A DNA stretch of 6,965 nucleotides from Octopus sinensis (taxonomy: Eukaryota). Of this stretch, positions 1-6,600 are shown piece by piece. Every line of letters starts with the position of its first letter. Positions within the stretch are counted from its first letter, which is position 1. The position numbers and the translations under genes were made by a program. Where the stretch lies: NCBI RefSeq assembly GCF_006345805.1, contig NW_021828987.1, forward strand, positions 1-6,965, read 5' to 3'. The notes under the pieces were generated by a model. That model made no database searches, was not told where the DNA came from, and worked only from the letters and a program-made list of their open reading frames with translations.

Positions 1-22
1 CTTGTGCCAAAATTTGAGACTC
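1..22 (+). mobile_element. 3' tail of a SINE truncated by the window edge
   Basis: cttgtgccaaaatttgagac resembles a recalled octopus SINE 3' end. The same ttgtgc word occurs near the end of the 384-578 copy (555-560). Very short, so weak support. Confidence 0.35.
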
Positions 23-377
23 TTATTACCTCTGCCTTAGCGAAGGTGGAGGTATTGTTTTCAGTCGTGTTTGTTAGTTTGTTTGTTGGTTCGTGGGCAA
101 GATATCTCAAGAACTGCGGGATGGATTTGGATGAAACTTTCAGGGATGTTTGGCCTCGTGACTGACACGAACTGATTAGATTTTGGGATCGATCCCGTAC
201 CGGACAAGGATTCTGGATAATTTTCCCTGTTTTGAGTGCGGTCGGGTTCATTTCTCGATTGTGAGAGCAGTCGAGTTTATTTAAGATATTTTCATTTCAA
301 AAATCATCTCTGGTCAATCGTTGAGAGGACATTGGTGTTGCCTTGGCGGAGGTTTGCGCTCTCTGAGTGCTCTTATT
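23..377 (+). mobile_element. Non-autonomous Helentron-associated element (HINE/DINE-1-like)
   Basis: Starts ttatt. 5' hairpin tacctctgcctt (27-38) / aaggtggaggta (43-54). (GTTT)-type microsatellite at about 67-90. 3' subterminal inverted repeat ggcggaggt (345-353) is complementary to acctctgcc (28-36) with 1 mismatch. 3' hairpin gcgctc-tct-gagtgc (356-370), then a T-rich end. This order of parts is the established HINE architecture. Confidence 0.75.
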
Positions 378-383
378 GTTATT

Positions 384-578
384 AAGGTGGCGCACATGCC
401 GGTCAACTTACTTAACGTCATTTCGTCCGTCTTCATGTTTTGAGTTCAGATTCCGCCCAGGCCGACTTTGCCTTTCATTCTTCCGAGGTCGATAAACTAA
501 GTACCAGTTGAGTACTTGGGTCCATCTAATCGGTTGGCCCCTTCCTGTACAACATTGTGCACATCGTAGAAAGAATTA
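384..578 (+). mobile_element. tRNA-derived SINE, decayed (A-box region apparently deleted)
   Basis: B-box-like gagttcagattcc (442-454). Central block gcctttcattcttccgaggtcgataaactaagtaccag (470-507) is of a type conserved in metazoan SINEs (recalled). Tail ttgtgc...agaaagaatta. Confidence 0.7.
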
Positions 579-728
579 ACGTGGGAAACCATTTTTTACG
601 TATCCTTCCCTTATGTAACACTGTACGATATAATTTGAGGGAGATGTAGTAGCTATTTCTGACAGATCGAGTGGCCACGTGGTGGTCCTTTAATTGGTTT
701 CGTTTCTAATCGTCTGTTAATTATTCTA

Positions 729-758
729 GCTGCTGCTGCTGCTGCTACTGCTGCTACT
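729..758. repeat. (GCT)n trinucleotide microsatellite, 10 units with 2 ACT variants
   Basis: Direct reading. Confidence 0.95.
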
Positions 759-997
759 TTTGCTCTGATTCTTGTTAATGTGTTGTGAAACATTGTGGCT
801 ACAGTGGTTACGAATCATTTGTTAATTATTGTTTACGCTGTTCTTCTTGTTGTTAATTAGTTTCTAATTAGTGGGGTCGTTAATTGTCAATTATCGATCT
901 TTTACTATGTGTCGTTGTTCTTATTAATCATTGTCATTAACTGTTTTCAAAGATTTACAAATAATTTGTGCGAATATTATTTTGGTTTAATCACTTA

Positions 998-1371
998 ATA
1001 TATATCTATATAATATATATATATATATAATATCTATATATATATATATTGTGTGTGTGTGTGTGCTGTGTGTGTGTGTGTACATATGTATATACTATAT
1101 ATATATATAACTATGTATATATGTATGGTGTGTTGTGTATGTATGTTATGCATATATTATGTCTGTATATATATATATATGTCATTACATACACTTATAT
1201 ATATATACATGTTATATATATAAGTGTATGTATGTATATGTGTGTGCATATATATATATACACATACATACATAACATACATACAATACATATCTATATA
1301 TATATTATATATGTGTGTGTGTGGTGTGTATGTGTGTGTGTGTGGTGTGTGTATACACACATATATATATA
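998..1371. repeat. Compound (TA)n/(TG)n/(TATG)n/(CATA)n microsatellite
   Basis: Direct reading. It accounts for ORFs 1049-1378, 1157-1360 and most of 1224-1436. Confidence 0.95.
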
Positions 1372-1453
1372 CGGTTAGCCATAACTTAGATCATAATAAA
1401 GTGCTTGAACGGTACCCCCCCCGCCTGGGTATATAAACACTATCTATTATTCA

Positions 1454-1458
<5 letters not shown>

Positions 1459-1507
<49 letters not shown>

Positions 1508-1515
1508 AGAGAGAG
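1459..1515. repeat. (TA)n followed by short (GA)n
   Basis: Direct reading. Confidence 0.95.
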
Positions 1516-2060
1516 TGGGGAGAAGGAAAGTTTTACAAGGTATAGTTTGAGAGTAACTTTGAAGTTTCAGTTAGGTTGCCGTCACCAGACTGTGTTTGAC
1601 CGTGCTCTAGGACTAATGTGGTTGTAAGTAAGATAGGGCTAATAGCTGTGCAGGGAGGAAATGTAAAATGAGGGATAGGTGGAGTGTATGTCTTTGTAGT
1701 GTGCGGGTTGAGAGAAACGTACGATGGAGAGAGTTATTCTGGTGTGATAAAGGGAAATTTGTTATTGTTAGGAGGCTCAGTCAGCTGCTAAGATAAATGA
1801 GTAAATAGGTGCTGATATATTTTGGTTTAAGTTTTCCTAGATCTTTGTATGTGTGGTTGATTTCTATGTTATTTTAGGGTTCACAAAAGAATGTTTATAG
1901 TGAATACATTTTGACTTGTGACACAGCATAGAGTAGGCAGAGATCGAAGTTGGTATTGGTGTTAGTATTAGTGTCTTTTAAGAATATGAAACGGTACTTT
2001 GGGAAGGATTAGATGTTAATTCTGATGGTCGTCTTGCTGGTGAGGGTGAGGGTTATTTAT
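1516..2060 (-). mobile_element. Probable decayed Penelope-like element (3' end of ORF plus pLTR/3' region)
   Basis: The minus strand is A/C-rich. It translates to DLCL (1945-1934) and, in another frame, CHKSK (1923-1909), echoing the CxLCLxE...CRHK C-terminus of Penelope GIY-YIG ORFs. A hammerhead-like motif lies downstream (1594-1549). Boundaries are approximate. Confidence 0.45.
1549..1594 (-). ncRNA. Decayed type I (PLE-type minimal) hammerhead ribozyme motif
   Basis: Minus strand reads CACAGT-CTGGTGA-C-GG-caacctaa-CT-GAAAC-TTcaAA-GT-T-ACTCTC. Stem III is ACTT/AAGT and stem I is AGT/ACT, in the correct register. Core position A6 is G, so it is probably inactive. Confidence 0.5.
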
Positions 2061-2558
2061 CCCCATATCAGACTATACCAAGCTGTGATTAACCCATCTA
2101 TTCAACCTGTGATTAACCCGACTGTTCTGTATACCCAGGACACATCGTCCTCGTGTGTTCTTCATTTTTTATTTGGCTGCTGTTTCTAGCAATTCAGTGC
2201 GATTTCGCTGAAGTTCCGTTGTTGGTGAAGTTTTAGTTGTATTCGGTTTAGCCCTAGGTTGAACTCAATGGCCTAACACATGAGCTAACAACGGGACTTT
2301 TTCGTGATCGCACCGGATTATAAAAATTAATTTTCCTTGTGACATACCAACCTTGAACATCTTTTCTTTTCTGGGGGTTTTTTTTTATAACCTACGCACC
2401 TTCGCTCACGTACCCTGACATACCCTGACTTACAGTACAAACCGTATGGTCCATTCGAAGTGGATATATTCCAATCGCTCCACTAACCAGTCTATGTCTG
2501 TAATCCTGACTTATATACATAGATACATGTATACATATACATGCATATACAAACATAT

Positions 2559-2713
2559 AGGCGCATGCTTCCTAACCGCATGGTTCTGGGTTCAGTTCCA
2601 CTGCGTGGCACCTGAGGCAAGTGTCTTCTACTATACCTCGGGCCGACTAAAGCCTTGTGAGTAGATTTGGTAGACGTAAACTGAAAGAAGTCCGTTATGT
2701 ATATGTATATATA

Positions 2714-2752
<39 letters not shown>

Positions 2753-3004
2753 GTGTGTGCGTGTGTGTGTGCGTGTGTGTGTGTGCGTGTGCGTGTGAGT
2801 TTGTCCCTTCACCATTGCTTAGCAACCCATGTTTATGTGTTTACGTCACCGTAACTTAGCAGTTCGGCAAAAGAGACCGATAGAACAAGAACTAGGCTTG
2901 CAAAGAATAATTCCTGGGGTCGATTTGTTCGACTAAATGCCTTTAAATCGGTGCTGCAGCATGGCCGCAGTCAAATGACTGAAACAAGTAAAAGAATTAA
3001 AGAA
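2559..3004 (+). mobile_element. Near full-length tRNA-derived SINE (family A in this window) with internal microsatellite; A-box deleted
   Basis: B-box ggttcagttcc (2589-2599), then ctgcgtggcacc...gcaagtgtcttctactata. 3' half has cgtaacttagc...ggcaaaagagaccgatag...ctggggtcgat...gcatggcc. Terminal hairpin cagtca-aa-tgactg (2968-2981) and (taaaaga)-type tail. Homologous to copies at 4751-4808, 5408-5652 and 6307-6590. Confidence 0.85.
2696..2797. repeat. (TA)/(TG)n microsatellite inside the SINE
   Basis: Direct reading. The same position is a microsatellite in the 5408 and 6307 copies. Confidence 0.95.
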
Positions 3005-3011
3005 TATACAC

Positions 3012-3307
3012 ACTTTTATAGAGCTCAGCTGTCCTCTTGGTGTGAATATCTTTTTGAAAATCAGAGAAACAAAATACTTATGGAAAACTGCTTCGAAAAC
3101 TCCAGTTTCTATATCCGGATTACAAGTTTACATTTGTATCAATGATAATTGGTTCATTTGGTTTTGTAAGTAAATGCTTAACTGTCAATCTGGATAAGCT
3201 TGGATTTTCAGATAAAAGAAATCAACCAACTGATTCGCACATTACAATTACAATCTGTCAGCGGAACAGTAAAACTCTGTAAGACTTTCCTCGGGTTTAA
3301 ATTGTGA
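3012..3307 (+). pseudogene. Frameshifted C-terminus of a restriction-like endonuclease domain (R4/Dong-type retrotransposon ORF)
   Basis: Manual translation across frameshifts at about 3069 and 3217 gives TFIELSCPLGVNIFLKIRE/KQNTYGKLLRKLQFLYPDYKFTFVSMIIGSFGFVSKCLTVNLDKLGFSDK/EINQLIRTLQLQSVSGTVKLCKTFLGFKL* (stop 3305-3307). This fits the recalled R4/Dong pattern I(D/E)xxxPxxxNxxxKxxEKxxxY...IGxxG...LQxxxxxGTxxIxxxxL. Confidence 0.75.
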
Positions 3308-3410
3308 CATTGTTTTCGTTATCAACATTCAAATGATGGAGCTTTGTATCTTTGCTAGAAACCAGCTCCTTCTTCAGAGGAAGGATTTAGATGATTAAAA
3401 ACAGAAGATG
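3012..3410 (+). mobile_element. 5'-truncated RLE-type non-LTR retrotransposon (R4/Dong-like), copy 1: ORF C-terminus plus about 100 bp 3' UTR
   Basis: See the pseudo-ORF at 3012-3307. The 3' UTR has stems ggagct/agctcc (3338-3343/3364-3369) and tccttc/gaagga (3367-3372/3380-3385), and ends directly at (CATA)n. Confidence 0.75.
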
Positions 3411-3456
3411 CATACAAACATACATACATACATACATACATACATACATACATACA

Positions 3457-3488
<32 letters not shown>

Positions 3489-3957
3489 CATACATGCACA
3501 CACATACATACATACATATACATACATGCACATACATACATGCATACATACACACACAGATACATACATACATACACACAGATACACATACATAAATACA
3601 TACATACATACGCATATGCACGCACACATACAGATACACATACATACATACATACATACATACAACATACATACATACATACATATACATACATGCACAC
3701 ACATACATACATGCATATACATACATGCACACACATACATACATACATACACACACAGATACATACACACACATACATACACACAGATACCACAGATACA
3801 CACACATACATGAATATACACACACAGATACACATACATACATACACACATACATACATACATACATACATACATACATACATACATGCATGCATACACA
3901 ACATACATACATACATACATACATACATACATACATACATACATACATACATACATA
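3411..3957. repeat. 547-bp (CATA)n compound microsatellite with CA/CATG/CAGA variants
   Basis: Direct reading. Both ends are pure (CATA)n and the centre is degenerate. It accounts for the overlapping ORFs between 3355 and 4022. Confidence 0.97.
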
Positions 3958-3958
3958 G

Positions 3959-4294
3959 AAATATACAAAAAAGGAGGACATCTATGGATCATTGGTAAGT
4001 TGTTTGCAAATCCCGTACCCAAGATACATTTTTCGCTTCATATCCTTTTTCATTGGAGCAACAGGTTACATACCAACTCGTCTGGAGCAAATTGAGGCTG
4101 AATTTAGGGACTGGGGGGGGGAGAACGCAAATCCTTAATTCATACACTACAAATGAACGCGAAATGAGGGTCATAAAATCTGCAAGCTCTTAAGATTTAA
4201 AGGATTATGAAGGAAACAAGATGTTTTCCTTTGTTACGTTGCGACCATGTAGGTGACCGGTCAGAATTTACTCTGAATTAAAGTGAGACAGAGA
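3959..4294 (+). mobile_element. 5'-truncated RLE-type non-LTR retrotransposon (R4/Dong-like), copy 2, a diverged family
   Basis: Translation from 3959 is KYTKKEDIYGSLVSCLQIPYPRYIFRFISFFIGATGYIPTRLEQ. After a frameshift, 4108-4173 reads GLGGGERKSLIHTLQMNAK*GS and 4175-4210 reads KICKLLRFKGL*. This is colinear with copy 1 (17/42 identical, ungapped, in the first block). About 85 bp of UTR follows, then cata-type repeats. Confidence 0.75.
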
Positions 4295-4468
4295 ACATAT
4301 AACATACATTTATAGATGTATGTATAGAAATATACGTCATATGCATTTATGTATATACATACATATAAGCATATACACAAACACACGAAACCACAAACAC
4401 GTACACATACACACAGACACGCACAAACACACACATAGATACACACACACATATATATATACACACAC
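4295..4468. repeat. Degenerate (CATA)/(TA)/(CA) microsatellite
   Basis: Direct reading. Confidence 0.9.
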
Positions 4469-4549
4469 AAACGTTAATAATAGCAACCAACGGAAGACTG
4501 ATTACTCGATATAGGATATAAAGTATTCATAAGGTATTGGAGTCAGTCA

Positions 4550-4708
4550 GCTGGAACTTAAAATGGATAGACCCCTGGGGTTGGTCAAGCACGAACAGTT
4601 ACGTCATATAGGAATCTTCGGCCAATAATTTACAACTGTTCTCAACTGTCCGTTGTAGATTCATGCATGACTTACATATTTGTGCCTGATAAAGTCCAGG
4701 GTTCCAGC
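4550..4708. repeat. Imperfect long inverted repeat (fold-back) enclosing a hammerhead-like motif
   Basis: Left arm gctggaac[insert of about 16 nt]cctggggttggtcaagcacgaa (4550-4595) versus the reverse complement of 4679-4708, gctggaaccctggactttatcaggcacaaa: 24/30 match. Internal palindrome tcatgcatga at 4661-4670. Confidence 0.65.
4593..4641 (-). ncRNA. Decayed type III hammerhead ribozyme motif
   Basis: Minus strand reads GAACAGT-T-GTAA-atta-TTGG-CCGAAGA-TTCC-tata-TGAC-GTA-ACTGTTC. Stem III is a perfect 7 bp, stems I and II have 4-bp geometry with tetraloops, and both core boxes sit at exact spacing with one substitution each (CCGAAGA for CTGANGA, GTAA for GAAA). Confidence 0.6.
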
Positions 4709-4750
4709 CAGTTTTCGTTCAAGATGACCGAACCATATAAATTTTATATG

Positions 4751-4808
4751 TTGTGCGTGGATAAGAAGATCGCTCTGTAACCACGATGTTACAGGTTCAA
4801 TCTCACTG
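4751..4808 (+). mobile_element. 5' head fragment of SINE family A, interrupted by a second SINE family
   Basis: gtggataagaagatcgctctgtaaccacgatgttacaggttcaatctcactg aligns with the heads at 5412-5471 and 6307-6350. B-box ggttcaatctc. Confidence 0.65.
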
Positions 4809-5193
4809 AAAGAAAGCACGTGGGTTAGTGCTTAGGGCATTCGACTCACTATCGTAAGAACGTGAGTTCGATTCCCAGCGCCTCGATGTGTTCTTCAACA
4901 AGACACTTTACAGGTTCAGTCCCACTGCATGTCACCTTGGACAAGTGTGTGAGAGAAAGCACTTGGGTTAATGGTTAGGGTATTCGATTCACTATCGTAA
5001 GGACGTGAGTTCGATTCCCAGCGCCTCGATGTGTCCTTCAACAAGACACTTTACAGGTTCAGTCCCACTGCATGTCACCTTGGACAAGTGTGTGAGAGAA
5101 AGCACTTGGGTTAATGGTTAGGGTATTCGGCTCACTATCGCAAGGACGTGAGTTCGATTCCCGGCGCCGCGATGTGTCCTTCAACAAGACGCT
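4789..5193 (+). repeat. Tandem array of about 3 x 143-bp chimeric SINE-head units
   Basis: agaaagcac at 4811, 4954 and 5097 (period 143). ttacaggttca at 4789, 4908 and 5051; the first unit lacks 24 bp. Confidence 0.95.
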
Positions 5194-5386
5194 ATATTTC
5201 ACATTGTGCCATTCAGCTCAGCTGTAGTACCCTTATTTTAAAGGCCCGGTCTTGTCACACTCTGTGTATCATGCTGAGTCTCCCTGAGAACCACCTGAAG
5301 GGTACGCGTGGTTGTGGGGTGCTCAGCCACCGGCACATTAGTTTCATGGGCTGGATGTACCGTTGATCGGATCAACTAAAACCCTC
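5097..5386 (+). mobile_element. tRNA-derived SINE (family B), head plus body
   Basis: A-box-like tgggttaatgg, B-box gagttcgattccc, then gtgtccttcaacaagac. The body ends in the near-perfect palindrome gttgatc-g-gatcaac (5362-5376). Confidence 0.75.
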
Positions 5387-5407
5387 TTTTTTCTTTTCTT
5401 AGACTCA

Positions 5408-5651
5408 GATATGGCTGTGAGATTAAAGGAGCTAGCTTTGTAACCACGCAGTTTCGGGTTCATTCCCACTGAGTGGCACCTTAAGCAAGTGTCTCACACT
5501 ATAGCCCCGGCCCGACCAATGCCCTGTGAGTGAATTATGTAAACGGAAATCGCGTGGAAGCCTGTCATATATATGCGCGTGTTTTTTTTTTTTTTTGATA
5601 TACCATTATATATATATGGTGCCCCCACATGACCACAGCTTTAGGGCTGAA

Positions 5652-5652
<1 letters not shown>
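5408..5652 (+). mobile_element. SINE family A copy, most of the 3' half deleted
   Basis: A-box-like tggctgtgaga (5412-5422) and B-box gggttcattccc (from 5456). Colinear with 2566-2695 up to 5566. After a TA/poly-T tract, only the terminal ggtgccccc...catgacc-acagc...gctgaaa hairpin module remains (5618-5652). Confidence 0.75.
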
Positions 5653-5716
<64 letters not shown>

Positions 5717-5739
5717 CAGACAGACAGACCGACAGACAG
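5652..5739. repeat. (TA)n(GA)n(GACA)n compound microsatellite
   Basis: Direct reading. Confidence 0.95.
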
Positions 5740-5765
5740 AATATAGATCAATATGGATGTATATA

Positions 5766-6290
5766 CAGGGTGGAGCATAAAGACCTCCCACATTTGAAGA
5801 AGACACCATGTGGAGGTAAGTAGACGTAGAGAAACGGGACAAGTTTCACGTGAAAGGCTAAGATCTAGCATTTTTGTTTCTCTTAATAATTACTCAAAAA
5901 CTATGAGGGGAGATGTGGAGTGATCGGCAAGATAACCAGGTTTAAGTCCTCGTATCTTTTTCCTTTGTCGGTACCTAGAGGAAAAAAGTTTTCCGACATC
6001 GTCCTCGAACTCTTGAAGATTTGAAAGAAAGGATTCGCGAGGAAATCAGCGTAATAGCACCTGAGATGACACAGAGAATCATGGAGAACTTCCGGGAACG
6101 ACTGCATCAATGTATTGCCAACGACGGCCGCCATTTGCCTAATATAGTTTTTAAAACCCAGTAAAATCAACTGTTTTTTATGTACTTTTCAGAAACATAA
6201 TAAATTTTTTGCCTGGATGGTTGTGTTCTCTTTTTTATATTCATTCCGTTTTTATATTCATAATGTGAGAGATCTTCATGCCCCACCTTG
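5766..6290 (+). mobile_element. Internally deleted Tc1/mariner DNA transposon (rosa/DD41D-like), 525 bp
   Basis: Left TIR cagggtggagcataagacctccccacatt (5766-5794). Right TIR 6262-6290 has reverse complement caaggtggggcatgaagatctctcacatt. TA flanks at 5764-5765 and 6291-6292. A transposase remnant lies inside. Confidence 0.88.
5903..6164 (+). pseudogene. Transposase C-terminal remnant (Tc1/mariner, DD41D-like)
   Basis: MRGDVE*SAR*PGLSPRIFFLCRYLEEK, +1 frameshift at 5987, then VFRHRPRTLEDLKERIREEISVIAPEMTQRIMENFRERLHQCIANDGRHLPNIVFKTQ*. This is a degenerate RGDVxWPxRSPDLxPxDFFLWGYLKxKV motif plus the RLxxCIxxxGxHL terminus. Confidence 0.88.
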
Positions 6291-6306
6291 TATATATGTA
6301 TATATA

Positions 6307-6590
6307 TGCGGTAAGAAGCTTGCTTCCCAACCACATGATTCCAGGATCAGTAGAAAGGATATATATATATATATGTATATCTGTGTGTGTGTGTGTCTTT
6401 CTGTGTTTGCTCCCCACCACCACTTGATAACTGGTGTTGGTGTGTTTGCACTCCCGTAACTTAGCGGCTCGGCAAAGGAGCCCGATAGAAAAGTACAAGG
6501 TTCGAACAATAAGTACTGGGATCGATTCATTCAACTAAAAATCCAAGACGGTGCCCCAGCATGGCCTCAGTCTAACGACCAAAACAAGTA
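6307..6590 (+). mobile_element. SINE family A copy with deletion after the B-box
   Basis: Head gcggtaagaagcttgcttcccaaccacatg, then a TA/TG microsatellite. The 3' half is colinear with 2798-2990 (cccgtaacttagcggctcggcaaagg...ctgggatcgat...cggtgccccagcatggcc...aaacaagta). Confidence 0.82.
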
Positions 6591-6600
6591 TGGCAGACGA

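Noticed and set aside
690-850. Poly-Gln/Ala/Ser exon around (GCT)n
   Set aside because: All three minus-strand frames hit stops within this interval, and no recognisable protein sequence or splice-bounded frame was found.
1049-1436. C/V/Y/I-rich ORFs (likewise 2446-2854, 4261-4514, 5526-5871 and 6217-6534)
   Set aside because: They run through dinucleotide repeats and SINE sequence and show no protein-like features.
2960-2990. Hammerhead-like hairpin-GAAAC-aa-GTA at the SINE 3' end
   Set aside because: No CTGANGA box precedes the hairpin. It is better read as the SINE's LINE-recognition stem-loop.
3200-3307. Apparent terminal exon after ttttcag
   Set aside because: The upstream sequence is the same RLE domain in an adjacent frame; a 1-nt frameshift explains it better.
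3959-4000. Apparent 36-nt exon (tag|AAATAT...TTG|gtaagt)
   Set aside because: The reading frame and the homology to RLE copy 1 continue straight through the GTAAGT, so it is retrotransposon coding sequence. Exonisation would need RNA evidence.
3355-4022. Long overlapping ORFs on both strands (up to 211 aa; MYVC and HTYI repeats)
   Set aside because: (CATA)n has no stop codons in any frame, so these are microsatellite translations.
4811-5170. Cluster of three tRNA genes
   Set aside because: A and B boxes are present, but there is no convincing acceptor stem or oligo-T terminator, and the sequence continues into a SINE body.
5901-6170. 89-aa minus-strand ORF
   Set aside because: It is the antisense shadow of the plus-strand transposase remnant.
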